A stretch of DNA of 64,000 bases from Candidatus Sulfotelmatobacter sp. (GTDB lineage: Bacteria; Acidobacteriota; Terriglobia; Terriglobales; Acidobacteriaceae): the NCBI GenBank assembly GCA_035308125.1, contig DATGHF010000007.1, positions 12,863 to 76,862 of the forward strand, given 5' to 3'. Below, one piece after another: positions 54,861 to 64,000 of the stretch. The notes under the pieces were generated by a model. That model was given only the letters and a program-made list of their open reading frames with translations. It was not told the DNA's origin and ran no database searches. Positions within the stretch are counted from its first letter, which is position 1; the number at the start of each line of letters is the position of its first letter. A program made the translations under genes and the position numbers.

Positions 54861-56408
54861 TCATCTCGTTCGAGCGCGGGCCGCGCCGCGGAGCCGGCTG
54901 TGGCTGCGGCCGTAGCCGAAGTAAATCACCATCCCCACAATCAGCCACACAATCAGGCGCAGCCAGGTGCTCCAGGGCAGGCTGAGCATCAAGCCGAATG
55001 AAATTACTATCCCGAGGATGGGAACCAGGGGAACCAGCGGAGTCTTGAACGGCCGCGGCAGGCCGGGACGCTTCACCCGCAGCACCCACACCCCGGCCGA
55101 GACGATCACAAAAGCCAGCAGCGTGCCGATGGAAGTGAGTTGGACGAGCACGTTGATGGGAAGCACGCCGGCGATGATGGCCACGAAGAATCCCACAATG
55201 ATCGACGAAATCCACGGAGTACGAAAACGCGGATGCACCCTCCCGGCCCACTCGGGGAGCAGGCCATCGCGGGCCATGGAATAAAAAACGCGCGACTGCC
55301 CCAGCAGCATCACCAGCATGGTTGTGGTGAGTCCGGCAAACGTTCCCAGCATCACGACAATGCTTCCCCAGCGCACGCCGGTGGCCTGAATTCCCACGGC
55401 GACAGGAGCCGCGGTGTTGAGCAGCCGGTAATTGACCACGCCCGTCAGCATCAGGCCGAGCGCGACATACAGGACGGTGCAGACGGCGAGAGAACCGAGA
55501 ATGCCGATGGGCATGTCGCGCTGTGGATTGCGAGCTTCCTGGGCGGCGGTAGAGACCGCATCGAATCCGATATAGGCAAAGAAAATCACGCCCGCACCGC
55601 GTGCGATGCCGGACCAGCCGAAGGCGCCGAACGATCCCTGGTTGGGCGGGATGAAAGGATGCCAGTTCGCGGCGGAAACTTCGGGATGACGCAGCAGATA
55701 AGCGGCCGCGATGGCGATAAACGTGAGCACCGTACCCACTTTGATGAACACGATCAGCGAGTTGAAATTGGCTGACTCGCGCACTCCGATCACCAGAATC
55801 AAGGTCATGAGCGCGATGACGAGATAGGCAGGAAGATCCAGTAGGCCGTGAGCGGAGGGCAACTTCGATGCATCCACTCCGGCGTTCGCGAGCGCGGGGC
55901 CGATGGTCGCGAGCCTGGCCCACTGGCCCTGGTAAAAAACCATCAACGTTCCGGGAGGGGCGGTAATTTGCGGCGGGAGTTGAACACCAAAGCTCTGGAA
56001 AAGAGCAATCAGATTGCCGCTCCAGCCCACGGCTACCGAAGCGGCGCCGACGGCGTATTCGATGATGAGGTCCCAGCCGATGATCCAGGCGAAAATCTCG
56101 CCCAGCGTGGCGTAGCCGTAGGTGTAGGCCGAGCCTGCGATCGGAATCAGAGAAGCGAATTCCGCGTAACAAAGTCCGGCGAAGATGCAACCGGACGCCG
56201 CGAGCAGAAACGAAAGCACAATGGCGGGCCCGGCGAAGTTCGCGGACACCGTCCCGGTGATAACAAAGATGCCTGCGCCAATGATGGCGCCCACGCCCAG
56301 CGTGACCAGATTGACGGGGCCCAGCACGCGGCGCAAACCGGTTCCACTTTCATCGGCCGCTTCAAAGAGCAGAAGATCGAGGGGCTTCGTAGCCAGCAGA
56401 TCGGACAC
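54861..56408 (-). CDS. Amino acid permease (APC family, cationic amino acid transporter-like)
   Basis: LGVGAIIGAGIFVITG...YAEFASLIPIAGSAYTYGY. 515 aa and polytopic. Confidence 0.9.
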   Translation of the reverse strand: MSDLLATKPLDLLLFEAADESGTGLRRVLGPVNLVTLGVGAIIGAGIFVITGTVSANFAGPAIVLSFLLAASGCIFAGLCYAEFASLIPIAGSAYTYGYATLGEIFAWIIGWDLIIEYAVGAASVAVGWSGNLIALFQSFGVQLPPQITAPPGTLMVFYQGQWARLATIGPALANAGVDASKLPSAHGLLDLPAYLVIALMTLILVIGVRESANFNSLIVFIKVGTVLTFIAIAAAYLLRHPEVSAANWHPFIPPNQGSFGAFGWSGIARGAGVIFFAYIGFDAVSTAAQEARNPQRDMPIGILGSLAVCTVLYVALGLMLTGVVNYRLLNTAAPVAVGIQATGVRWGSIVVMLGTFAGLTTTMLVMLLGQSRVFYSMARDGLLPEWAGRVHPRFRTPWISSIIVGFFVAIIAGVLPINVLVQLTSIGTLLAFVIVSAGVWVLRVKRPGLPRPFKTPLVPLVPILGIVISFGLMLSLPWSTWLRLIVWLIVGMVIYFGYGRSHSRLRGAARARTR

Positions 56409-56605
56409 CGGGTTCTCCTGTGGCAGGCATTGTAGCTGGGCATGTGCGAAGTGACTATCAGAAAACTCTGCCCGCGAAAGGCATGAGGTTCCACGAAAGG
56501 AAACTCCAGTTGGTAGAACGCAGACGAGAACCAGGCTGAGAAATGGGCTCGCAGGGCAGTTGCTTTTTTGCGTATACTCCTGTATTCAATCGTTTCAATT
56601 AGGAG

Positions 56606-58813
56606 TTGCTCTTGAGACAACCGGTGGCGTTACTCGCAATCCTGCTGGGATATTTTTCCTTCGCACTAATGTCTCCGGCGCAGACCGTCGAGGTTGACAT
56701 GGCCCATCCGGTCAATCATTTTGTGCCGAAAGAAACGCTGGGCGCGGGTGTCGATCGGATTCCGGTCGAAGCCATCGACAAGGATTTGCTGCAGCCGTCG
56801 CTCGAAAAAACTCTGGCTTCGGGATGGCAGCCGGTTACCTACCGGCAGAATACGGAACTGGCGGTGGAAGCCTGGCACTGGAATCCGCAGGGGACGTGGA
56901 GCGACGCCAGCGGCAAAGGTTATTTCACGGGATCGGCGACGCCGACGGAGTCGATTCGCTACTCCTACGGCTACGCGTTGCCGCGCCGCGGATTCACCCG
57001 CAATGATGGCACGGAGAATGTGGGCTTCTCGCGGCTGACGGATGGCGACGTCGACAGTTTCTGGAAGAGTAATCCATATCTCACGCAGCGATTCACGGGG
57101 GAAAGCGACGCGCTCCATCCCCAGTGGGTAGTGATGGATCTGACGCAAGCGCAACAGGTGAATGCGATCCGGATCGCGTGGGGTGAGCCGTTTGCCAAGC
57201 GCTACGCTGTGCAGTACTGGACCGGAGAGGATCCGATGCACACGCCAACGCGCGGCGTGTGGCAGACGTTTCCGCATGGGGACGTGTCCGGTGGCAAAGG
57301 CGGGACCGAGACGATTTCGTTGAGCGCCGGCCCGGTGAGCGTGCGCTTCGTGCGCGTGTGGATGACGGAATCTTCGAACACCTGTGATGCCGAAGGTGCA
57401 GCCGATCCGCGCAACTGCGTGGGCTACGCCATCCGCGAGCTTTATCTGGGAACCGTCACGGCAGACGGCGAGTTTCACGATATTTTGCGGCACACGCCCG
57501 ATCAGGAGCAGACCACAACGTATTGTTCATCGGTGGACCCGTGGCATCGGCCGTCAGATTTGGGAGCAACCACGCAGGCGCAGGTGGGTTTCGATTTGTT
57601 TTTCACCAGCGGTGTCACGCGCGGATTGCCGGCGATGGTGCCGGTGGCCATGCTTTACGACACGCCCGAAAACGCAGCGGCCGAAATCGCGTATTTAAAA
57701 GCGCGCAACTATCCGATTTCTTACGTGGAGATGGGAGAAGAAGCCGATGGGCAATACATGCTGCCGGAAGATTACGCGGCGCTCTATTTGCAATGGGCGA
57801 CGGCGTTGCATCGTGTGGACCCGGCGCTCAAGCTGGGCGGGCCGTCGTTTCAGGGAGTGAATCGCGATATTGAAGTGTGGCCGGATGCAAATGGAAAAGT
57901 CTCGTGGCTGGGACGATTTGTGGATTATCTGAAGCAACACGGGCGCATGAATGATCTGGCTTTTTTTTCGTTCGAGCATTATCCCTATGAACCGTGCAAA
58001 ACACCTTGGGGGATGCTCTACGACGAGCCCGAACTGGTGAGCCACATCATGCACGTGTGGCATGAAGACGGCATCCCCGAAAATATGCCTATGTTCATCA
58101 CCGAGGGCAACCTTTCTTCGGGCGCCAGCGAAACTTATGAGGACATTTTCGCCGGAGTGTGGCTGGCCGATTATATTGGGTCGTTTTTGAGCGCGGGCGG
58201 AAACGCGGTTTATTTTTTCCACTACCTGCCGCTGCCCATGGAGCCGGGATGCAGCGGATCTCCGGGAACGTTTGCCATGGAGACCATCGACAAGAATTAT
58301 GAGATTCAGCAGCCGCTGGCGCAATATTTCGTGGCGCAGCTCATTAACCGGGAGTGGGTGCAGCCGGAAGGCGGCGAGCATCAGGTGTTTGCGGCGACCA
58401 GTGACGTGCAGGACCGCGCCGGGCACGACCTGGTAACCGCGTATACGGTGAAGCGTCCGGATGGGCAGTGGTCGCTGATGCTGGTCAATCGCGACCAGCA
58501 GAACGCGCATCGCGTGCGCATCACGTTTAACGGATCAGCCAGCAAAGAAAACGGCCTTGGCGGACAGGTGGACGTTCTAACTTTCGGAAGCGCGCAGTAT
58601 CAGTGGCATCCGGCACGCACGCGCTTCATGGCGCACGCAGAACATTCCGCCGAGCCCACGGTGGTGGCTTATACCCAGGGATGGGCAGACCCCGACGGGC
58701 CGATCGCACACACCAGGCAGCAGGCGGGGAAAGATACGTTGTATGATTTGCCGGCGGCGTCGGTGGTGGTGATTCGCGGCAAATTGGTGGAGCTAAAAGC
58801 TAAAGGCCAATAG
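56606..58813 (+). CDS. Secreted discoidin (F5/8 type C) domain protein with glycoside-hydrolase-like TIM barrel
   Basis: AGGAG SD. TTG start at 56606 or 56612. Has a signal peptide. LTDGDVDSFWKS...WVVMDLTQAQQVNAIRIAW is discoidin-like. The hydrolase assignment of the C-terminal part is tentative. Confidence 0.7.
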   Translation: MLLRQPVALLAILLGYFSFALMSPAQTVEVDMAHPVNHFVPKETLGAGVDRIPVEAIDKDLLQPSLEKTLASGWQPVTYRQNTELAVEAWHWNPQGTWSDASGKGYFTGSATPTESIRYSYGYALPRRGFTRNDGTENVGFSRLTDGDVDSFWKSNPYLTQRFTGESDALHPQWVVMDLTQAQQVNAIRIAWGEPFAKRYAVQYWTGEDPMHTPTRGVWQTFPHGDVSGGKGGTETISLSAGPVSVRFVRVWMTESSNTCDAEGAADPRNCVGYAIRELYLGTVTADGEFHDILRHTPDQEQTTTYCSSVDPWHRPSDLGATTQAQVGFDLFFTSGVTRGLPAMVPVAMLYDTPENAAAEIAYLKARNYPISYVEMGEEADGQYMLPEDYAALYLQWATALHRVDPALKLGGPSFQGVNRDIEVWPDANGKVSWLGRFVDYLKQHGRMNDLAFFSFEHYPYEPCKTPWGMLYDEPELVSHIMHVWHEDGIPENMPMFITEGNLSSGASETYEDIFAGVWLADYIGSFLSAGGNAVYFFHYLPLPMEPGCSGSPGTFAMETIDKNYEIQQPLAQYFVAQLINREWVQPEGGEHQVFAATSDVQDRAGHDLVTAYTVKRPDGQWSLMLVNRDQQNAHRVRITFNGSASKENGLGGQVDVLTFGSAQYQWHPARTRFMAHAEHSAEPTVVAYTQGWADPDGPIAHTRQQAGKDTLYDLPAASVVVIRGKLVELKAKGQ

Positions 58814-58829
58814 CTCAGAGTTATCTTCG

Positions 58830-61292
58830 TCACATCAACCAGAGCGCGTCCACATCCACAATCACTTGCGTGCGCGGAATTTTTAGCTGAGCGGCGTGAT
58901 CCAGCATGGCGCGCAGTGTGACGTTCAGTTTTTCCCGGCTGGGCGATTTCAATACGAAGTGATAGCGGTAATCGCGCTTCAGGCGCACAATGGGCGCGGC
59001 TGCGGGGCCGAGCACGCGCACGCCTTCATGGCGCATTTGATCGAACCATTTTCCCAGCAGGCCTGACCACTCGAGAGCCTCATCCAGTTTGTCGCTGCGG
59101 ATGAGCACGTTGGCCAGCGCGGAGTATGGCGGATAGTGCATCCAGCTGCGGAAGCGCAATTCTTTCTCGTAGAAGCCGGCGAAGTCATGGCGGGCGGCGT
59201 ATTGCACCGCGTAGTGATCCTGAAAATAAGTTTGCAGAATCACTTTTCCGGGAGACTGACCGCGTCCGGCGCGCCCGGCGACCTGGGTGAGTAATTGAAA
59301 CGTGCGCTCGGCGGCGCGAAAATCGGGGAAGCCCAGGGCCGCGTCGGCGCCCACCACGCCTACCAGCGTGACCCCATGAATGTCGTGGCCTTTGGCGATC
59401 ATCTGCGTGCCCACGATCATGTCGAGATCGCCTTCGTTCAGCGCGTTCAGGGTACGTTCGAAATCTTCGTGGCCGCGTACCGTATCGCGATCGAGGCGCG
59501 CGATGCGGGCCTGGGGGAACATGCCGTGGAGAAGTTCTTCCAGTTTTTCTGAGCCGGTGCCAAGGAAATAAACGTATTCGCTGCCGCAGTACGCACACAC
59601 TTTCGGAACCGGGGCAGTGTAGCCGCAGTAGTGGCAAACCATTTTGTGCTCGCGCTTATGATGCGTGAGTGCGATGGCGCAGTTCTTGCATTCGAGAGTC
59701 TTGCCGCAGGTCCGGCAGAGAACCAGGGGCGTATAGCCGCGGCGGTTGAGCAACACCATCACTTGTTCTTTGAGTTCGATCCGTTCTTTGATTTCGGCGG
59801 CGAGTTTGCGGGAAATGACTTGCTCGTGTCCGGTTTCCTGAAACTCCTGGCGCATGTCGACGACCTCGACTTCGGGCAGCGGGCGCTGTTCCACACGGTC
59901 GGGCAATTCGATCAATGCATATTTGTTTTTCTTTGCGTTGAAATACGACTCCAGTGACGGTGTGGCCGACCCCAGCACGACCACGGCGTCGGCCATTTTG
60001 GCGCGCATCACGGCAATATCGCGGGCGTGGTAGCGCGGCGTTTCTTCCTGCTTGTAGGAAGCGTCGTGCTCTTCGTCGACGATGATCAACGCCAGGTCGG
60101 CGACGGGCGCGAACACCGCGGAACGCGTGCCGACGATCATGCGCGCGTCTCCACGCTTGATGCGATGCCATTGCTCGGCGCGCTCTTTGTCGGACAACGC
60201 CGAATGCAGGATGGCGACTTCGTCCCCGAAAATCTGGTGCAGATCGGCGGCGACGGCAGGCGTGAGGCCAATCTCGGGAACCAGGAGAATGGCCGAGCGT
60301 CCGGCCTCGAGCACGTCGCGCATTCCGGCCAAATAGACAGCGGTCTTTCCCGAGCCGGTCACGCCGTGCAGCAGCATGCCGGCAAATTTGCGCGACCTGA
60401 CGCCTTCGCGAATACGGGCGAGTGCGGATTGCTGCGCGGAATTGAAGTCGAATGTGAACGGCGAAGGACGCGGCCGGCTGCGCGAAACTGAGCGGCCGGC
60501 GGGTTCGTCGACGATTTCGACCAGGCCGCGTTTTACCAGCGTGGCGAGCGTGGTGCGGGGAACTTCGAGAGCGTGCAGCGCTGCCACGGGAATTTTGCTG
60601 CCGGATGCCGCCAAGGTGTCGACGATGCTCCGCTGATTCGCGTTCAATTTGCTTTCCACAGATTTGAGCAGCGCGATCTTCACCGTGCGCGTGGCGTCGC
60701 GAGCGGCGGAGACGTCTTCGCGGACCAGCCATTTCTTGCGGACCATTCCGGCGAGGATAGATTTCGAAACGCGAGTCGCGGCGCGCAGTGTTTCTTCTTT
60801 GACCAGAGCTGTTTCTAACTCCGCGCCTTCCGGCTCACGCGCGGCCAGATAGTCGAGCACGCGAAACTCGGCCGCTTGATCTTCGGGCGTGCGTTGCGAG
60901 CGGGCCGATGATCCTGACATGCCCGCCAGATGCAGCGCCATTTGCCCGCCTTCCGTGATGCGATAGCCGATGGCGCGCTTGAACTCGGCGCTTAGCGGCA
61001 GCATGGTGCGGAAGACTTCTCCAATCGGCGCGAGATAGTAGTCCGCGATCCAGCGACCGAGTTGCAGGAGTTGTTCGTCGAGCACGGGCGTGGTGTCGAG
61101 TACGTGGACGAGATTCTTGATCTGGATGGATGGCTTGCGATCGTGCAACGCAACCACGATGCCCGTCATTCGCTGCTGGCGGAACGGAACGAGCACGCGC
61201 CCGCCGACTACCGGGGCAGCGTCCGCAGGAACACGGTAGGTGAAGACCATGTCCAGCGGCACGGGGAGGGCAACGTCGCAGAATTCAGGCAT
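58830..61292 (-). CDS. priA: Primosomal protein N' (replication restart helicase PriA)
   Basis: MPEFCDVALPVPLDMVFTYRVP, Walker A GVTGSGKT, DEEHD and the Cys-rich zinc region CRTCGKTLECKNCAIALTHHK...CHYCG. Confidence 0.93.
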   Translation of the reverse strand: MPEFCDVALPVPLDMVFTYRVPADAAPVVGGRVLVPFRQQRMTGIVVALHDRKPSIQIKNLVHVLDTTPVLDEQLLQLGRWIADYYLAPIGEVFRTMLPLSAEFKRAIGYRITEGGQMALHLAGMSGSSARSQRTPEDQAAEFRVLDYLAAREPEGAELETALVKEETLRAATRVSKSILAGMVRKKWLVREDVSAARDATRTVKIALLKSVESKLNANQRSIVDTLAASGSKIPVAALHALEVPRTTLATLVKRGLVEIVDEPAGRSVSRSRPRPSPFTFDFNSAQQSALARIREGVRSRKFAGMLLHGVTGSGKTAVYLAGMRDVLEAGRSAILLVPEIGLTPAVAADLHQIFGDEVAILHSALSDKERAEQWHRIKRGDARMIVGTRSAVFAPVADLALIIVDEEHDASYKQEETPRYHARDIAVMRAKMADAVVVLGSATPSLESYFNAKKNKYALIELPDRVEQRPLPEVEVVDMRQEFQETGHEQVISRKLAAEIKERIELKEQVMVLLNRRGYTPLVLCRTCGKTLECKNCAIALTHHKREHKMVCHYCGYTAPVPKVCAYCGSEYVYFLGTGSEKLEELLHGMFPQARIARLDRDTVRGHEDFERTLNALNEGDLDMIVGTQMIAKGHDIHGVTLVGVVGADAALGFPDFRAAERTFQLLTQVAGRAGRGQSPGKVILQTYFQDHYAVQYAARHDFAGFYEKELRFRSWMHYPPYSALANVLIRSDKLDEALEWSGLLGKWFDQMRHEGVRVLGPAAAPIVRLKRDYRYHFVLKSPSREKLNVTLRAMLDHAAQLKIPRTQVIVDVDALWLM

Positions 61293-61471
61293 GATGGCGT
61301 CGGCGTTCGATCGGCTACGCAAGTCAGCGTCTCCGGCTAAGTGGCATCGTAACAAACGTCACGATGCGAGACATCGTATTTGACTTTTGCACGGATGGCG
61401 GATGTTAAGATGAGACGCTGATTTTGCTCCGGTTCGGAGTTATCCTGTGACCCGTACATTGGCAACGATTC

Positions 61472-62167
61472 TTGCCGTGGCTGTGCTCGTCGGATGCCAA
61501 CGATCTCGCCCGCCCGAAACAAACAACAACACGCGTTGCAGAGGCTGTCGCCACTTCATCGACTTGGAAAGAACTGAACCTTTCAGGTTCACTTATCTAT
61601 CGAGGGAGCTGCGAGCCTAAGGGCATTGCCGCAAGGTTTCCGTTGAAAGCGCATGGTACAAGTACGAGTTCTCCTCTGGAGGCGCTGCGTGACATGTTTG
61701 CGGACGATCCGAAGATGCAATTGGCTCAGGAACCAAACGGAATGATCCGGATGTCGGAGAGCGATGTGTCGCGAGACGTTTTGAATATCAAAATTCAGCA
61801 TATTGATTTCGACATGGGTGATAGATTGGCGGACGGAAATATCTTGTGGAGTCTTTACAGCAGCAACAGGCTGCTGTGGCCGATTTTGGAGGCGCCGGAG
61901 GTCAAGACCTTCATGGAGACGCACCATATCCATCCTCCTGGTTGGAAACCGGGAATATTCTTTCAGGTAACGGGTCCGGGGTACTCTGATGTCCAACATG
62001 TTTCGGGACGGGTAGAGAATGTAACAGTCTCTCAGGCGCTGGATCGAGTCGTGCAAAGCTTTCCAGGTTTGTGGGTCTATCGAGTATGCACCGTGGGTCC
62101 GGGAAGCGATCAAATTGCTTCGTTCGACTTCCTCGACGATCGCATGATTGGCTTCTTCCAACAGTGA
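61472..62167 (+). CDS. Hypothetical protein; 5' end probably frameshifted relative to a lipoprotein signal at 61447
   Basis: Long ORF in frame 2 with no signal peptide. The adjacent frame starts at GTG 61447 (GGAG SD 7 nt upstream) and encodes VTRTLATILAVAVLVGC, a lipobox. Confidence 0.5.
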   Translation: MPWLCSSDANDLARPKQTTTRVAEAVATSSTWKELNLSGSLIYRGSCEPKGIAARFPLKAHGTSTSSPLEALRDMFADDPKMQLAQEPNGMIRMSESDVSRDVLNIKIQHIDFDMGDRLADGNILWSLYSSNRLLWPILEAPEVKTFMETHHIHPPGWKPGIFFQVTGPGYSDVQHVSGRVENVTVSQALDRVVQSFPGLWVYRVCTVGPGSDQIASFDFLDDRMIGFFQQ

Positions 62168-62193
62168 GGATCGATTGGGGAGCTCATCCGTGA

Positions 62194-63066
62194 TTAGGAG
62201 CTCTTTCCCGGAGCCGCCAGGCCTAAATCCCTCATCACCATCTGCAGATCTTTCCAAGCCTCGCTTTTTTGTCGCGGATCGCGCAGCAGATATGCGGGGT
62301 GATAGGTGACGGCAAGGCGTGCGCCCGGCCACGCAGGATCGTTGCTGCGCACACCTGCGGGCTTGAATTCGTAAAAGCGGCCGCGCAAATCGCCGAGAGA
62401 CGAATTCATGGCCAGCAGATTCTTGGCCGCGGTCGCGCCCAGAGCTACGACGACCTTGGGTTTGATGGTGGCGATCTGCCGCATGAGAAACGGGGAGCAG
62501 GTGTCGCACTCGTCGGGCTCGGGCGTGCGGTTGCCCGGCGGACGGCACTTGACCACGTTCGCGATGTAAACGTCTTCGCGCTGCAGTCCCATAGCCTTGA
62601 TCATGTTGTTGAGCAACTGGCCGGCGCGGCCGACGAACGGCTCGCCCTGCGCGTCTTCGTCCGCGCCAGGGCCTTCGCCCACGAACATCAACTCGGCGCG
62701 CGGATTGCCCACGCCGAACACGATCTGCTTGCGTCCCTGCTTGTGCAGTTTGCAGCGGGTGCATTCGCCGAGATCTTCGCGGATGATTTTCAGCGCGGCG
62801 ACGGGGTCGATAACACCGTACTCAGGTTTCGCGGCAAGCACTTCGAAAGCATTCGGTTCGGTAACGGTTGCTGCCACGGCGGATTTTCTGGCGGACATTT
62901 CCTCTCGCAGTTCTGGCTGGAGTGCGAGTGGGTGTACTTCGTCACGCGCCGCGGCTTCGGGAACCAGCGGCTCGCGGCGGTAGAAATCGTAAATGCCGAG
63001 TTCGTGATAGTAGCGCAGCCGATCGGCAAGGGCATGCCGTAACTGCGGATCAAGCGTATGGGGCAT
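62194..63066 (-). CDS. Uracil-DNA glycosylase, family 4
   Basis: [39 protein letters not shown]...GRAGQLL...[11 protein letters not shown]. Confidence 0.9.
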   Translation of the reverse strand: MPHTLDPQLRHALADRLRYYHELGIYDFYRREPLVPEAAARDEVHPLALQPELREEMSARKSAVAATVTEPNAFEVLAAKPEYGVIDPVAALKIIREDLGECTRCKLHKQGRKQIVFGVGNPRAELMFVGEGPGADEDAQGEPFVGRAGQLLNNMIKAMGLQREDVYIANVVKCRPPGNRTPEPDECDTCSPFLMRQIATIKPKVVVALGATAAKNLLAMNSSLGDLRGRFYEFKPAGVRSNDPAWPGARLAVTYHPAYLLRDPRQKSEAWKDLQMVMRDLGLAAPGKSS

Positions 63067-63190
63067 CAGTTTCTAGATTGTAATGCAGAGCCAGGCGCAT
63101 CGTTTGCGGTAGCGGCAAAAGACAACAGATTCCTTGTCGCTTCGCTCCTCGGAAAGACAAAAGCTCGCGGGGAGGCTCTCTTGCTCGCCT

Positions 63191-64000
63191 TCAGGCTTTC
63201 ACCGGCGACTTGCGCTGTTGGCGCAGGCGCACGACCTGGTCGAGGACACGCTGCGCCACTTCCCGCTTCGTGGTTTCGGGCACTTCTACGACGTCGTCGT
63301 GGGTGAGGATGGTGGCGGCATTGCGGTCGGAGTCGAAACCGACGCCCTCATGTGAAACATCATTCACGACGATCGCGTCGAGATGCTTGGCGGCCAGCTT
63401 CTGGCGGGCGTTTTCGAGCACGTTCTCGGTTTCGGCGGCGAAGCCCACGACAATCTGCGACCGCTTGCGCAGGGAAATTTCTTTCAGGATGTCAGGCGTG
63501 GCTTCGAGTTCGAGCGTCATTGGACCTTCGCGCTTTATCTTTTGTCCAGCAGCTACCTTCGGACGATAGTCGGAAACCGCCGCAGTCTTGATGACGATGG
63601 TGGTCTGGGGCAGCAATTCGAGCACCGCATTGCGCATTTCTTCTGCGGACTCGACACGTCTGACTTCGGCTGCCCCCGGCGGCGTAAGGGCTGTAGGTCC
63701 ACTCACCAGCAGCACACGCGCACCACGTCGCGACGCGGCCTCAGCCAGGGCATAACCCATGCGCCCGCTGGAACGGTTGCTGAGATAGCGAACCGGATCG
63801 ATCTTTTCACGTGTCGGGCCGGCGGTGATCAGAATCGTCTCGCCGTTCAAGTCTTGGGACACGCCAAGCGCCTCCAGCACCACGGCAACGATAGCTTCGT
63901 TTTCGGCCAACCGCCCGGCGCCTGTCATCCCGCACGCCAGATAGCCCGAGCCCGGTTCGACGATCTTCACACCGCGCTGGCGAAGGATTTCCAGATTCGT
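63191..64000 (-). CDS. coaBC: Bifunctional phosphopantothenoylcysteine decarboxylase / phosphopantothenate-cysteine ligase (5' end outside the window)
   Basis: GYLACGMTGAGRLAE...ILITAGPTREKIDPVRYLSNRSSGRMGYALA. The frame stays open to position 64000. Confidence 0.9.
   Translation of the reverse strand, partial: TNLEILRQRGVKIVEPGSGYLACGMTGAGRLAENEAIVAVVLEALGVSQDLNGETILITAGPTREKIDPVRYLSNRSSGRMGYALAEAASRRGARVLLVSGPTALTPPGAAEVRRVESAEEMRNAVLELLPQTTIVIKTAAVSDYRPKVAAGQKIKREGPMTLELEATPDILKEISLRKRSQIVVGFAAETENVLENARQKLAAKHLDAIVVNDVSHEGVGFDSDRNAATILTHDDVVEVPETTKREVAQRVLDQVVRLRQQRKSPVKA

Noticed and set aside
54838-62764. Other long alternative-frame or antisense ORFs, for example 54838..56190 (-), 59656..60732 (-), 61589..62764 (-), 56666..57493 (-) and 57695..58510 (-)
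   Set aside because: Each overlaps a confidently identified gene (permease, priA, UDG, discoidin hydrolase) in another frame or strand. Each has Arg/Pro/Gly-rich low-complexity translations. The same reasoning applies to 21784..22941 (+), 43694..44467 (-), 46161..47042 (-), 30139..31392 (-) and 38923..39789 (-).

Overview
This is a 64-kb high-GC bacterial chromosomal segment. I could not recognise any rRNA, tRNA, CRISPR array, integrase or transposase by eye. Gene content and the many short palindromic or stutter-type intergenic repeats look Acidobacteriota (Terriglobia)-like, but that is inference only. I call about 57 protein-coding features. They include: the str-operon block rpsL-rpsG-fusA-tuf-rpsJ on the minus strand; nusB-ribH; a thiolase / 3-hydroxybutyryl-CoA dehydrogenase / crotonase operon colonised by small accessory genes (an orphan barstar-like gene, a RelB/RelE pair whose toxin carries an in-frame stop, membrane ORFs and a relic thiolase 3' end); signalling proteins (TPR-GAF-degenerate GGDEF, a Ser/Thr kinase with a TolB-like propeller, Crp/Fnr); transporters; a lower-GC secreted-protein cassette bracketed by 74-bp direct repeats beside a stand-alone Clp-D2 AAA+ ATPase; a cupin / PQQ-propeller / cupin secreted trio; and ilvE, VapBC, DoxX, AzoR/HxlR, pilT, recX, alaS, a Rieske oxygenase, an MFS transporter, an Hfq-like protein, IHF/HU, an M50 protease, priA, UDG and coaBC. 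The strongest candidate for a new system is a translationally coupled three-gene module at 35117-38463. It consists of a DGQHR (DndB/ParB-Srx-like) protein, a 285-aa uncharacterised protein with a possible HEPN-type Rx5H motif, and a D12-class (Dam-like) N6-adenine DNA methyltransferase. It has repeat-rich non-coding flanks and no canonical restriction endonuclease or dnd/ssp/dpd partner in the window. A second recurring theme is REP-like hairpin elements lying in frame inside coding genes: twice in alaS, read in two different frames, and once in a DUF4015-type hydrolase.
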